NCBI GenBank assembly: GCA_045540275.1
Contig: JAZQGX010000291.1
Location: 30,088 to 94,087 of the forward strand
DNA from: Kiritimatiellia bacterium
Lineage (GTDB): Bacteria; Verrucomicrobiota; Kiritimatiellia; RFP12; UBA1067
Direction of reading: 5' to 3'
Length of the DNA stretch: 64,000 bases
The position numbers and the translations under genes were made by a program. The notes beneath the pieces are model-generated. The model was given only the letters and a program-made list of their open reading frames with translations, ran no database searches and had not been told where the DNA came from. Below, in pieces: positions 1 through 10,530 of the stretch; within the stretch, counting starts at the first letter, position 1, and every line of letters begins with the position of its first letter.

Positions 1-52
1 CCCTTATAGGTGACGATAATGATCGATACGTCGCGCAAGCCAGTCTCGCTTT

Positions 53-2473
53 TCATGGCTGCCGATCTCCGCTGCGCAAAACACCCTCGGCAAAGCGAAC
101 CGCTTCCATCGCATCCGCCGCATACGCATCCGAACCGATCCTTCTGGCATACTCGGCATTGAGCACGGCACCGCCGACAACGACCTTGCAGCCAGGTGCC
201 TCTTTGCGCAATAAGGCAATCGTCTCCTCCATTGCCGGAACCGTCGTTGTCATCAGCGCACTCAATCCCACCAACGGAACCTTGTGCTTGACCACATAAT
301 CAACAATCTCACCCGCCGCCACATCCTTGCCGAGATCCGCCACCGCGAAGCCGTAGTTTTCCAGCATCATTTTGACAATGTTTTTTCCAATGTCATGAAT
401 ATCCCCCTTCACGGTGGCCACGACGATTTCAACATCCGCGCCTTCCGCCGAACCATTCCCGACCACCGCCGCCTTGATCTGCTCAAATGCGTGCTTCGCC
501 GCTTCGGCACTCATCAGCAGCTGCGGCAGATAAACGCGCTTTGCTTCAAAACCGGAGCCTACCGCATCCAGCGCCGGCACGATTTCACCGCGCACGATGT
601 CGATTGGAGCGACATTCTCCAAAAGCAACTTCGCGGCAAGTTCCGCCGCACGGTCACAGAGTCCGCATGCTATTGCGCCCCTCAGCGTCTTCGAATCGGC
701 GGACGCTGGCGATGCGACGCCCGGCGGCACCGTAACCGACGTCTCCTGAAACGACGAAGCCGCAGCGATGTATCCGGCGCAATTGGCATCCTTTGCCGCC
801 AGTGCCCGAAACGCATGGTAGGTCTTCATCATTGCCTGCGAGAACGGATTCATTATCGCCGCCGACAATCCCCGTTCTAGCGCCATGGCGAAAAACACCG
901 AATTGACAGTGTCGCGCGAAGGCAGTCCGAATGACACGTTCGAAACCCCGAGCGAGGTGCAGCAACCCAGTTCGTCGCGAATGCGAGAAAGAGCTCCGAG
1001 GGTGATTTCCGCCGCATGCGCGTCTGCACTGACCGCCATCGTCAGCGTGTCAAAAATTATATCCCTCCTGTCTATTCCGTAGCGCTTGGCGGTTTCCACG
1101 ATTCGGCGCGCGATTTCCACGCGACCCTCAACCGTCCCAGGTATCCCGTTCTCGTCGAGCGTCAATGCTATCACCGAGCCGCCGTATTTTTTCACCAGCG
1201 GGAACACCAACTCCATGCTCTCCTGTTTGCCGCTGACGGAATTTATCAGCGCTTTCCCGTTGTAGATGCGCAGCGCCCTCTCCATCGCCTCCGGAGAGGA
1301 GGTGTCGATCTGAAGCGGCACATCAACGACGTTCTGAAGTTCTCGCACCAGCAACTCAAGCACCTCGCCCTCGTCAATACCGGGCATTCCGGCATTCACG
1401 TCCAGCACCGCCGCACCGCAGGCGCACTGCCTGATTCCCTCGTCGAGAACATAGGCGACGTCACGTTCTGCCAATGCCTGCTTGAGCCGCTTCTTGCCCG
1501 TCGGATTGATTCGCTCCCCGATCAGTATCGGTTCATTGCCGAATTCAACCGTTCGCGTCCTTGAAGATATCACGGTCGAATTTTTCCGCGCCGCTTCGCA
1601 CGGCTTCAATCCGCCCACCGCCGCAACGGTTTTGCAGATAAACTCAGGCGAGCTCCCGCAGCAGCCCCCGACAATCCGCACGCCTTTTTCAACCGCTGTC
1701 TTGATTTCGGCGGCGAATTCTACGGGAGTGACATCAAAGATGGTTTTCCCGTTCTCCTCGCGCGGAAGCCCGGCGTTGGGCTTGAACAACACAGGACGCG
1801 ATGTACAGGCAAGGATCCTTTCAACCACGTTGCACAGCTCGCGTGGTCCAAGCGAACAGTTTGCGCCGATTGCATCGGCTCCCATCGCATCGAGCATCAC
1901 CGCCATCGCCTCCGGCGTACTGCCGTTCATCATGCGCCCGTCGCTTCCGTATGCGCAAGATACCAGCACCGGCAGAGAACTGTTCTCCTTCGCCGCCAGC
2001 AACGCCGCTTTCGTCTCAAGACTGTCGCCCATCGTCTCGATCAGTATCAGATCCGCTCCGCACGAAACCCCCAGCCGAACACTTTGCGCGAATATTTTGA
2101 CCGCCTCCTCAAAATCAAGGTCGCCGAAGGGCTTGAGCAGTTTTCCCGTAGGCCCGATATCCAGCGCCACGAATTTTTTCTGTCCTCCGGCCGAGGATTC
2201 GCGGGCTGCAAACGCATTAGCGAAAGCCGCCTCGACCGTCCGCCGCAAATCGCCTTTTGAATATTTGAGAAGGTTGGCCCCGAAGGTGTTGGTCCCAATC
2301 ACATTCGAGCCTGCATCGTAATAACGGCGATGAATGTCGATAACCACCTCGGGGCGGGACAAATTCCAGTTTTCCGGCATCTCACCCGGACGCAGTCCCG
2401 CCCGCTGCAGCATTGTACCCATCGCTCCATCCAATACGACCAACTCTTTTTTTAAAAAATCAGAAAACATCAT
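53..2473 (-). CDS. metH: Cobalamin-dependent methionine synthase, short form (Hcy-binding, pterin-binding and B12-binding modules; no activation domain)
   Basis: 806-aa ORF. It has N-terminal VLDGAMGTMLQ and a GGCCG zinc-site motif of the homocysteine S-methyltransferase module. The B12-binding DxHxxG (DIHDIGKN) and SALMTTT lie near the C-terminus. Confidence 0.9.
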   Translation of the reverse strand: MMFSDFLKKELVVLDGAMGTMLQRAGLRPGEMPENWNLSRPEVVIDIHRRYYDAGSNVIGTNTFGANLLKYSKGDLRRTVEAAFANAFAARESSAGGQKKFVALDIGPTGKLLKPFGDLDFEEAVKIFAQSVRLGVSCGADLILIETMGDSLETKAALLAAKENSSLPVLVSCAYGSDGRMMNGSTPEAMAVMLDAMGADAIGANCSLGPRELCNVVERILACTSRPVLFKPNAGLPREENGKTIFDVTPVEFAAEIKTAVEKGVRIVGGCCGSSPEFICKTVAAVGGLKPCEAARKNSTVISSRTRTVEFGNEPILIGERINPTGKKRLKQALAERDVAYVLDEGIRQCACGAAVLDVNAGMPGIDEGEVLELLVRELQNVVDVPLQIDTSSPEAMERALRIYNGKALINSVSGKQESMELVFPLVKKYGGSVIALTLDENGIPGTVEGRVEIARRIVETAKRYGIDRRDIIFDTLTMAVSADAHAAEITLGALSRIRDELGCCTSLGVSNVSFGLPSRDTVNSVFFAMALERGLSAAIMNPFSQAMMKTYHAFRALAAKDANCAGYIAAASSFQETSVTVPPGVASPASADSKTLRGAIACGLCDRAAELAAKLLLENVAPIDIVRGEIVPALDAVGSGFEAKRVYLPQLLMSAEAAKHAFEQIKAAVVGNGSAEGADVEIVVATVKGDIHDIGKNIVKMMLENYGFAVADLGKDVAAGEIVDYVVKHKVPLVGLSALMTTTVPAMEETIALLRKEAPGCKVVVGGAVLNAEYARRIGSDAYAADAMEAVRFAEGVLRSGDRQP

Positions 2474-2477
2474 ATCA

Positions 2478-3086
2478 CTATTCCTCTTTCGCGGCGCCGA
2501 TTATACCGGCCACCGCCGTAACAGATTTGGAAGGCGACATCGACATACTGTCATTCAAGGTCAACCCGATTGCCCGCGGGCAATCAAGAACTGAAAACAG
2601 CTCTTTCTGGAAGGCTAGCGGCAAATCCCCGTAGCCGGGACTGAATCTCGGGGTAAGCCGGAACTCCTGCGCCTGCCGCGCACAGAAAAAATCACACAAC
2701 GACTCAATCCGCTCGATTCCTATCGCCTGCAGCATCAATGCCCGCGACGGCGACACTCTCCCGTATTTCGAAATGAGCAGATCCATGCCGATGCCGAGCG
2801 TCGCCGAAAAAAGCAGGATCCCGTCGCACGGCTCGAGCAGACGCGCCAGCGATGACGAGACGACCGACAGGAGACCAAACTGGCACCGCGAACCGACGCA
2901 GCGACAAGGCAATCTGCGCCAACAGACCCGATAGGACAACACCGGCAGCGCCTCATCCAACGCGTCCTCAAGAAGCGCCCCGATCATGCCGGCGGAATCT
3001 GCGCTTCCGGCATAGCGAAGAATCGTTCTACGCTCCGGTGGGGGCGGCTCGAAAGTTGCGGTGTATAACGGCGTCGTATCCATCAT
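2478..3086 (-). CDS. Stand-alone methionine synthase activation (AdoMet-binding) domain protein
   Basis: 202-aa ORF between metF (4-nt overlap with the metF stop region) and metH (4-nt gap). Size and position fit the split-off reactivation module found beside short MetH. Assignment is by context and weak sequence recall. Confidence 0.6.
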   Translation of the reverse strand: MMDTTPLYTATFEPPPPERRTILRYAGSADSAGMIGALLEDALDEALPVLSYRVCWRRLPCRCVGSRCQFGLLSVVSSSLARLLEPCDGILLFSATLGIGMDLLISKYGRVSPSRALMLQAIGIERIESLCDFFCARQAQEFRLTPRFSPGYGDLPLAFQKELFSVLDCPRAIGLTLNDSMSMSPSKSVTAVAGIIGAAKEE

Positions 3087-3967
3087 TTCCCAATTATCTC
3101 GGAAACATTGCGCAGCACCGCGGCGGCGACATCCGGTTTGTTCATAGTGTAGACATGCACATTGGTTATGCCGTTGGCGTACAGATCGATAATCTGATCG
3201 GTGGCATACGCAATTCCCGCCTGCTTCATCGCTGCGGGGTTTGCCCCGAAACGATCGACCAGGCTCTTGAAACGTTGCGGCATAAATGAACCGGACAACT
3301 TGATTGCCCTCGCCACCTGATTAGCGTTGGTTATCGGCATAACTCCCGGCACCACCGGCACAGTGATTCCCGCTTCCCTGATTTTGTAGAGAAAGTTGTA
3401 TAGCAGATTGTTGTCGAAGAACATCTGTGTGGTGAGAAACGAGCAACCTGCGTCCACCTTCTCCTTCAAGTGCCGGATATCATCCTCTTGATTTGCGCTT
3501 TCGGGATGGATTTCAGGATAGCATGCCGCACCTATGCAAAATCCATGTCCGGACTCGACAAGTTCCCGAACCAGTTCTACCGCATGGAGGTATTCCCACT
3601 TTCCATGATCTGCCCCGATACCGCTATCGGGGATGTCGCCGCGTAGAGCCATCACGTTTTTCACCCCGCTGGCCGCAATCTCGGCGATGCGCTCGCCAAC
3701 CGTTCTGCGGCTTGATGAAACACAGGTCAGATGAGCCAGCGTCGGCACCGCATAACGCTCCTTGATGTTGCGTGCAATTTCCAGCGTATAGCGGCTTGTG
3801 CCACCACCTGCGCCGTAGGTCACGCTTACGAATGACGGCTCTAACGCTGCTATTGACTCGGTTGCACTTTTCACACTTTCAAAAACGCTTTCCGTTTTCG
3901 GAGGGAACACCTCAAACGAAAGCGACGGACGCCCTCGCGCCAGAATCTCGGAAATTTTCATGCTCAA
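3083..3967 (-). CDS. metF: 5,10-methylenetetrahydrofolate reductase
   Basis: 294-aa ORF with SFEVFPPKT near the N-terminus and overall MetF-like sequence. It is in an operon with metH. Confidence 0.9.
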   Translation of the reverse strand: MSMKISEILARGRPSLSFEVFPPKTESVFESVKSATESIAALEPSFVSVTYGAGGGTSRYTLEIARNIKERYAVPTLAHLTCVSSSRRTVGERIAEIAASGVKNVMALRGDIPDSGIGADHGKWEYLHAVELVRELVESGHGFCIGAACYPEIHPESANQEDDIRHLKEKVDAGCSFLTTQMFFDNNLLYNFLYKIREAGITVPVVPGVMPITNANQVARAIKLSGSFMPQRFKSLVDRFGANPAAMKQAGIAYATDQIIDLYANGITNVHVYTMNKPDVAAAVLRNVSEIIGK

Positions 3968-4272
3968 TACTCCATATCGCCGTCCGGGAACAGTTCATTG
4001 AGAATCTGTTCGGCCGGTGTATATGCCTTTTTCGAATTGTTGCACTCTTTGCAGCAGGGTACGCAATTTCCTCTGGTTGAGCGTCCACCCCGCGAAACCG
4101 GAATGACATGATCCAGCGTCAGTTCGCCGGGGGGAGTCGTCTTTCCGCAATAGTGGCACACCCCTTCAGCGATCCGATCTTTCCACCATTGCGTCTTTCT
4201 GAGTTCCCGGGCCTTCTCGCGTTCGCGTTTAACATGCTGGGAATCTGCGCATCCTTCCGTAAATTCACCCAT
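3964..4272 (-). CDS. Small HNH endonuclease-family protein
   Basis: CHYCG...LTLDHVIPVSRGG...NCVPCCKECNNSK forms an HNH/zinc-finger motif. I place the start at ATG 4272, because the ORF-track start at 4398 would overlap nadD by 134 nt. Confidence 0.7.
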   Translation of the reverse strand: MGEFTEGCADSQHVKREREKARELRKTQWWKDRIAEGVCHYCGKTTPPGELTLDHVIPVSRGGRSTRGNCVPCCKECNNSKKAYTPAEQILNELFPDGDMEY

Positions 4273-4792
4273 GGGACGTCTTCCTTTCTGCAAAAAATCT
4301 TTCAACTTCCGGCGGCACCATGCCGGCGATGGATTCCCCCGATTCGAGCCGTCTTCTGATTTCGGTGGACGATTCGGCCGTACGCGGAAATGCGACAAAA
4401 CGGCAAAGCCGTTTCAGTTCCCCCCAGTTCTTCCAGCGGGGCAACCCTTCGAGCGAATCTTCACCGATGATGAAAAATAGATTTGCCGATGGGTTTGCGT
4501 CCTTCACCGCTTTAACCGTATCAATCGCGTAGGAGACTCCACCCCGCTGCAATTCAATGTCCGACACTTCACACTTGGGCAGTACCGCAAATGAGCGACG
4601 AATTAGCTCGAGGCGGTCGTCGTCACTCAGCAGCGGACGGACGCCAATTTTAAAAGGGCTCTCCTTCGCGGGCACCACCATCAGACGGTCGAGGGAAAGT
4701 TCATCGATCGCACGGCGGGCGATTCCTACATGCCCCGAGTGCACCGGATTGAAACTTCCGCCGTAGATTCCTATTCTCATGACATTATTCAT
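4265..4792 (-). CDS. nadD: Nicotinate-nucleotide adenylyltransferase
   Basis: GIYGGSFNPVHSGH nucleotidyltransferase (H/T)xGH motif; length about 175 aa. Confidence 0.85.
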   Translation of the reverse strand: MNNVMRIGIYGGSFNPVHSGHVGIARRAIDELSLDRLMVVPAKESPFKIGVRPLLSDDDRLELIRRSFAVLPKCEVSDIELQRGGVSYAIDTVKAVKDANPSANLFFIIGEDSLEGLPRWKNWGELKRLCRFVAFPRTAESSTEIRRRLESGESIAGMVPPEVERFFAERKTSHG

Positions 4793-5279
4793 TCTTCGCT
4801 CTCTGAGCGATAATGTGGTTGAGCAGTGCGGTGCACCCCTCGTTCACATCGTTCCACGTCGCTTCGAAATCATGCGTGTACCAGGGGTCGGCAATACCGC
4901 GCTCCTTCCCCGCATATGAAAGCAGCAGTCTGACCTTCGGCAAATCTTCGGGATATACAAGTCGCTTGAGATCGGCGATGTTGTACGCATCCATACCGAT
5001 GAGGTAATCGTATTCCGAAGCCTTGCTCGCCGTAAGCAGCCATGCTGCCCGCGGCTCGTACGGCACGCCCTTGGAATCCAGCATCGCCCTCGTGCCGCGG
5101 TGGATGTCGCTGCCGATTTCATCGGTGTGCATCGCCGCCGACTCTATGCGTATTCCGCTCTCGCCGGCGGCGGCGGCAAGATGCTTCATGACGAATTCAG
5201 CCATCGGCGAGCGGCAAATGTTGCCGTGGCACACAAACAAAACGGCTGTCGGCCGCGGTTCCGTCGCGGACTTCTCCAT
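4785..5279 (-). CDS. Low-molecular-weight protein tyrosine phosphatase
   Basis: VLFVCHGNICRSPMAE contains the CX5R(S/T) P-loop, and the DP motif lies near the C-terminus (GIADPWY). Confidence 0.85.
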   Translation of the reverse strand: MEKSATEPRPTAVLFVCHGNICRSPMAEFVMKHLAAAAGESGIRIESAAMHTDEIGSDIHRGTRAMLDSKGVPYEPRAAWLLTASKASEYDYLIGMDAYNIADLKRLVYPEDLPKVRLLLSYAGKERGIADPWYTHDFEATWNDVNEGCTALLNHIIAQRAKNE

Positions 5280-8200
5280 TACTTCTCCTCCGTCTTAGGA
5301 TTTTTCACCCCGTAAATCAGCGCATAGTTCACCGGCACGACAATCATCGTCATCACCGTGGCGAAAGCTAGACCGCACATGATGGTCACCGCCATGGCTG
5401 CGTAAAACGCGTCTGCCACCAGCGGCATCATTCCCAAAATCGTGGTAAGCGACGCGTTGGCTACCGGACGCAACCGGGTCACGCCGGCCATCACCACCGC
5501 GCTGAATCCGTCAGTACCGCCGGCGATGAGCGAATTTATCTCGTCAATCAGCACGATGGCATTTTTAATCTGCATGCCGATCAGCGAAAGCAGGCCTAGT
5601 AGCGCCATGAATCCGAACGGCTGATTGAAACCGAGAAGTCCGGCGGCAACGCCGATCAGCACCAGCGGAAGCGTCATGAAAATCACCGACGCCTGACGCA
5701 CCGAGTTGAAAAGCGCAATGGTTATCAGAATCATCAGCCCGATTATCGGAGGAATTTTTCCTGCAAGTCCGGAGTTGGCATCGCACGAATTTTCGTATTC
5801 GCCGCCCCATTCGTAGGTAAATCCCGGGGGAAGCTCTCCGCCGATTTCTTCAAGCTTCGGCCGAATCCGCTTGAACGCCTCGCTCGCCGTCTCCCCCGAG
5901 GTGTTGCATTTCACCGTAATGCAGGGCAGGCGATTGCGCCGTTTGAGCCGAGCCTCCTCCGACGAATTTTCAAATCCAGAGATCGCCTGTGCAAGCGGAA
6001 CCGAGGCATTGAGCGTCCCGGACCACACCCACGCGCTGAGAATCGAATCGGGGTCGCGACGCTCGGCGTCGGGAGCGCGCAGAACGATCGGCAACGATTC
6101 GTCCTTCTCGTTGTATACCCCAACTTTGATTCCTTCAACCGCGTAGCGCAACGCCGCTGACACGTCGCTTCTTGTCAGACCGAGCTTGCGTGCGCGTTGC
6201 TCGGCGACGATCGGTTCGATGCGTTCAGCGCGATTGCGCCAGTCACTCTGGATTTCGGTGAGCCCCGAATCGGCGCGCATTGCGGCGGTCACGCGCTCGG
6301 CAAACATGCGGAGCACCCGGGGATCGGGTCCCATGATTCGCATCTGTATCTTCTGCGCATCGCCCGGCCCCAAAACAAAACGCTGGCAGTAGACCATCGC
6401 GTCCGGCACGGAGGTCTGCGCCACATCGTTGACTTTGCCCATCAGTTTTGAAATAAGCTTGTCGCTCTCGACATCGACGAACAGCACGCCGTATGCGCTG
6501 TTGGAATCCTCCGGTCCGAAGGTGAGCAGAAACCGCAACCCGCCGCTTCCCGCCACGGAGGTGATACCGGTGACTCCCTCGAACTTGCGTACTTCGTCCG
6601 CGAGAATTTCAAGCCGATTCTCCGTGGCGTGGATGGACGAACCTTCCGGCATCCAAAGATGCACCATAAACTGCGGGCGGGTGGAGTCGGGGAAGAAATT
6701 GCTCTTCACATGCCCGAACCCGATCACCGCCGCGACAAACATCATTCCCAGCACAAGCCAGGTGAGTCCGCGATGGACGATGCACCACTCGAGAAAACTC
6801 CTGTAGCAACGGAAGAACATCCCTCCGTACGGATCGGCAACGGTCTCCTCCGGTTTCGCGTTTTTGCCTTTTTTGAAAAACCAAACCGCTAGGAGCGGCG
6901 TAACCGTAATCGCCAGCAACCAGCTGGCAAGCAGCGACAGCATTAACACCAGAAAGAGCGACCGGCAATATTCGCCGGTCGAATCCTGCGACGCTCCGAT
7001 CGGTGCGAAAGACAAAACCGCGATCACCGTAGCTCCGAGCAGCGGCCATTGAGTCTGCTTGACGATGTCGCACGCCGCCTTCTTGAGATCCGCCCCCTTC
7101 TTCGCGGCAATCAGTACCGCTTCGGTAATGACGATGGCGTTATCAACGAGCATCCCCAGCGCGATGATAAACGCTCCGAGACTGATTCGCTCGAAAAGAA
7201 TCCCCATCATATTCATGAAGAAAACCGTGCCGAGCACGGTGAGTATCAACACCGCGCCGATAAGAACGCCGCTCTTCAGACCCATGGTCAACAGCAACAC
7301 GGCGATGACGATCGCGACCGACTCGACCAGGTTGACCACAAAACCGCCGACCGCCGCCTTGACCGAGGAAGCCTGATGCGAAATGACGCCGATTTCAATT
7401 CCGATTGGGGTCTCCGGCAATAGCTCCTTCATTCTCGCATCGATCGATTCTCCCATCGTGATGACATTGCCACCCTTCACCGTCGAAATGCCAAGCCCGA
7501 TGGCCGGGTGTCCGTTGTAGCGGACGAGACACGAAGGCGGATCGTCATAATCACGCCGGACCGTCATGATGTCCTTGAGGCGGATCGTACCGGTTTTACC
7601 GGCGCCGTCGGACACCGACAATATCAGATCCTCGTAATCTTTGACCGACTTAATCTTTCCGCGAGGATAGATGCGTATGTATTTTTCGCCGATGTTGACG
7701 TGTCCCGAATCGGACGCGGTATTCTGTCCGGAGACGACCGCGCTTATCATCGCCGGAGTTATGCCCAGCTGGGACATCTTCGAACGAGAAATCTCGAATG
7801 CGACGATTTCCTGCCTGTCTCCGAGCATCTCTATCTTTGCGACATCCTCGCACAGCAGAAGCTCGCGCTGGAGCAGTTTTGCATACTCTTTCAATTCCGC
7901 ATAGGTATACCCATCGCCGTAGACGGCGTAATACACGCCGTACACATCGCCATAGTCGTCGTACACCAGCGGCTCGCTGCAACCGGACGGGAGGGTGGAT
8001 CGCGCGTCGTTAACCTTGCGCCTCAACTCGTCCCAGATTTGGGGCAGGTCGTCTTTTGAATACCGGTCTTTGATGTCGACCTGGATGATCGACTTGCCGG
8101 GATAGGAGGTCGAGGTCACTCGCTTGAGCTGTCCCAACTGCTGGACGGCCACCTCTATTTTTTCGGTTACCTCCTCCGCCACTTCCACGGCGGTTGCTCC

Positions 8201-8356
8201 GGGATAGACGGTGATGATCTGGGCGCTTTTGATTGTGAACTCGGGGTCTTCAAGCCGGCCAAGCTTGAAATAGCTCATCGTGCCGGCCAGCGCCAGAGCA
8301 ACGGCGAGCGAAATGGTCACGGTCGCCTTGCGGATGCATACTTCGGCAATGTTCAT
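5279..8356 (-). CDS. RND family efflux transporter, inner-membrane permease (AcrB/HAE1-like)
   Basis: 1025-aa ORF with two large periplasmic loops and repeated hydrophobic blocks typical of 12-TM RND pumps. It sits immediately downstream of a membrane-fusion protein gene. Confidence 0.9.
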   Translation of the reverse strand: MNIAEVCIRKATVTISLAVALALAGTMSYFKLGRLEDPEFTIKSAQIITVYPGATAVEVAEEVTEKIEVAVQQLGQLKRVTSTSYPGKSIIQVDIKDRYSKDDLPQIWDELRRKVNDARSTLPSGCSEPLVYDDYGDVYGVYYAVYGDGYTYAELKEYAKLLQRELLLCEDVAKIEMLGDRQEIVAFEISRSKMSQLGITPAMISAVVSGQNTASDSGHVNIGEKYIRIYPRGKIKSVKDYEDLILSVSDGAGKTGTIRLKDIMTVRRDYDDPPSCLVRYNGHPAIGLGISTVKGGNVITMGESIDARMKELLPETPIGIEIGVISHQASSVKAAVGGFVVNLVESVAIVIAVLLLTMGLKSGVLIGAVLILTVLGTVFFMNMMGILFERISLGAFIIALGMLVDNAIVITEAVLIAAKKGADLKKAACDIVKQTQWPLLGATVIAVLSFAPIGASQDSTGEYCRSLFLVLMLSLLASWLLAITVTPLLAVWFFKKGKNAKPEETVADPYGGMFFRCYRSFLEWCIVHRGLTWLVLGMMFVAAVIGFGHVKSNFFPDSTRPQFMVHLWMPEGSSIHATENRLEILADEVRKFEGVTGITSVAGSGGLRFLLTFGPEDSNSAYGVLFVDVESDKLISKLMGKVNDVAQTSVPDAMVYCQRFVLGPGDAQKIQMRIMGPDPRVLRMFAERVTAAMRADSGLTEIQSDWRNRAERIEPIVAEQRARKLGLTRSDVSAALRYAVEGIKVGVYNEKDESLPIVLRAPDAERRDPDSILSAWVWSGTLNASVPLAQAISGFENSSEEARLKRRNRLPCITVKCNTSGETASEAFKRIRPKLEEIGGELPPGFTYEWGGEYENSCDANSGLAGKIPPIIGLMILITIALFNSVRQASVIFMTLPLVLIGVAAGLLGFNQPFGFMALLGLLSLIGMQIKNAIVLIDEINSLIAGGTDGFSAVVMAGVTRLRPVANASLTTILGMMPLVADAFYAAMAVTIMCGLAFATVMTMIVVPVNYALIYGVKNPKTEEK

Positions 8357-8359
8357 CGC

Positions 8360-9466
8360 TTACTCCTTGTACAGCGTGACCTTGCGGCCCTCAGAGAGCA
8401 CATTGACCCCAGCGGATGCGATGCGGTCTCCATCCTTGAGCCCTTCCAGAATCTCGATTTGCGCACCGACCCTTCGGCCAAGTTTAACCGCCTGTTTTTT
8501 CACCGCGAACACACCGTTTTCGCCGACGCTCTCCAGACGCCAGACAAACGCGCCGCCGTCAGCGGCGTTGCCCACGGAATCGGAGCTCACCCACGGTTTG
8601 GCTCCGGCCGAGGCAACATTGCAACCGTCGACGGTCAAAGTGGCCGACATCCCGGGCAGCAACCTTATCCCGGACGGACGCGCCATCACAAAAGTTGCAG
8701 TATAAGTCTGCGTGCGCGAGTCGGCCTGTGCGGTGAACTCTTCGAGTTTGGCCAGATATTTCTCCCTGGGAAAAGAATCGAATGTGATGTAATGCTTTCG
8801 CTCTTTGAACGGGGTGTTGCTCGGGTCGATGACCAACGACTCTGGCAGCGAAACATCAATCTTGATTGTTTCGATATTCTGAATGGTCAGCACTTTGGTG
8901 CCGGCCTGAACCATGTCATAGGTGGAAGGATAGGTGTCGGCCACCATCCCGTCGTAGGGGGCTTTGAGCACGGCATCTTCCAACGCCTTTTCCGCAATTT
9001 TAAGTTCGGCCTCCGCACGGGTGCGCTTGGCGACCGCCTCGGATATCTGCTCCTGCGACACCGCGCCGGCATGTGCCTTTGATGCATTGATGTTGCGCTG
9101 TTCGGTCAGTCGCGCCTGTTCGGCTGCGGCCTTTGCCTTGCTCAGCGCCTGCTCGAAATCACGCGTGTCGAGTGCGGCGACAACCTCGCCTTTTTTGACC
9201 CGCTGCCCGCGGTTCACCGGAAACTGCATGATTCGGCCGGAGACCACGAACGCCAGATCGACGCTGTCGTTTGCCTGAACGATACCGGGGAAGTGCAGTC
9301 GGGGCATCATTATCGAAGTCTTAACCAGCTCGCTGCGCAACGGGCGCACCGGCATCTCTTGAACCAGATTGTTTTTCTTCGCCGCCGGGATTAGCCATAT
9401 TGCAGCAATTGCTCCCGCCAAAATCGCGCCGCCTGCAAATTTCACCGCTGTTGATTTCATTGACAT
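8360..9466 (-). CDS. RND efflux membrane fusion (periplasmic adaptor) protein, HlyD family
   Basis: 368-aa ORF with an N-terminal anchor, a coiled-coil hairpin segment (AKAAAEQARLTEQ...AEAELKIAEKALEDA) and a lipoyl/beta-barrel-like sequence. There is a 3-nt gap to the RND permease gene. Confidence 0.85.
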   Translation of the reverse strand: MSMKSTAVKFAGGAILAGAIAAIWLIPAAKKNNLVQEMPVRPLRSELVKTSIMMPRLHFPGIVQANDSVDLAFVVSGRIMQFPVNRGQRVKKGEVVAALDTRDFEQALSKAKAAAEQARLTEQRNINASKAHAGAVSQEQISEAVAKRTRAEAELKIAEKALEDAVLKAPYDGMVADTYPSTYDMVQAGTKVLTIQNIETIKIDVSLPESLVIDPSNTPFKERKHYITFDSFPREKYLAKLEEFTAQADSRTQTYTATFVMARPSGIRLLPGMSATLTVDGCNVASAGAKPWVSSDSVGNAADGGAFVWRLESVGENGVFAVKKQAVKLGRRVGAQIEILEGLKDGDRIASAGVNVLSEGRKVTLYKE

Positions 9467-9501
9467 CGTCTCCTTTCTGACAAACCCGTTTTTCCTACAG
9501 C

Positions 9502-10530
9502 CTATTTTTCATCGGCGGCGAACGACCTGACCGCATCGGCCGCACACTTCAGCATAAGCTTGTACTGCATCGGAGTCGCATCAGTCTTCTCCTCTTTCGA
9601 CGGACCTGGAATGTATTTCAGCTCGGTGATATCGACATCGGGGAAAATGAATGCGGACCAGACGCAGGACTGGAGAAATTCGCCGGAGCGGTTCAGATGG
9701 ATGGAATCGCCATACGGGAGAAATCCTTTAACCGTGCCGTCCCGGTTGGTGTATTTTTTCCAGCGGACGGTACCGACCAGATCATCGAACTTGGATTCGG
9801 CGGGACAGAATTTTATCTGCTCGCTGATGTAAACTGGCGCGTAGGTCACGGGCAGGCGTTTGCGGTACAGCTCAATGGCATATCCGGTGGGGATTATGCG
9901 CAGTCCAAACTCTTTGCCGAGACGACGGTAGCAATCGGTCAGGCGTTTGTACATTCCGTCGCGGTCAAAACCCCATTTCGGTTTCTCGCGCGTACCGATG
10001 CGAAGATCATGGTTGCAGTACGACCAGGTTTGCTGAATGAGGATTTCCGCCTGCGGCGCATATTTTTTAATCGTGGCAATCAGTATGTCTGCATGGGGGC
10101 GGTAGGTTTCGTAGTTCCAACTGCCCGGGCTGGCCTGTTGGATGGTGACGTAATTCCATTTGTCGGCTTTGAGCATCTTGATTATGCCCGAACCGCTGCC
10201 CTTTGCGTCCGAGCGCATCGCGCGGTAGGCCGGAGTGTCTTCAGCCCTTGGCATTGCGGAATATGAAATGTCGATCCGATACGGGTGGTAGTCCGAATCC
10301 TGCTCTTCTTTTACGATGTTGTCGGCATGCCGTTCAAGTGTGCATCCACCTATGTACATTGACACCAAGTCGAGATCCTTCCCAAGCGACGATGCAATCG
10401 CCGGCATATACCTCATGTTGCAAATCGAAAATGAATTCCCGATCATCAGCACTTTTGTCGGGGTTGCACTTGCTGTTGCGCAGGCAAAAAAACACATGGC
10501 GAAGCATACTGCCGGAATTCCAGTTTTCAT
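9502..10530 (-). CDS. Secreted DUF4886-like (SGNH-hydrolase-fold) protein
   Basis: Signal peptide MKTGIPAVCFAMCFFACATASA followed by KVLMIGNSFS. The start is moved to ATG 10530, which has GAGG 8 nt upstream. Confidence 0.6.
   Translation of the reverse strand: MKTGIPAVCFAMCFFACATASATPTKVLMIGNSFSICNMRYMPAIASSLGKDLDLVSMYIGGCTLERHADNIVKEEQDSDYHPYRIDISYSAMPRAEDTPAYRAMRSDAKGSGSGIIKMLKADKWNYVTIQQASPGSWNYETYRPHADILIATIKKYAPQAEILIQQTWSYCNHDLRIGTREKPKWGFDRDGMYKRLTDCYRRLGKEFGLRIIPTGYAIELYRKRLPVTYAPVYISEQIKFCPAESKFDDLVGTVRWKKYTNRDGTVKGFLPYGDSIHLNRSGEFLQSCVWSAFIFPDVDITELKYIPGPSKEEKTDATPMQYKLMLKCAADAVRSFAADEK

Noticed and set aside
3964-4398. Long (144-aa) version of the HNH ORF
   Set aside because: It would overlap nadD by 134 nt. 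The internal ATG at 4272 gives an 8-nt overlap, and all HNH motifs lie downstream of it.
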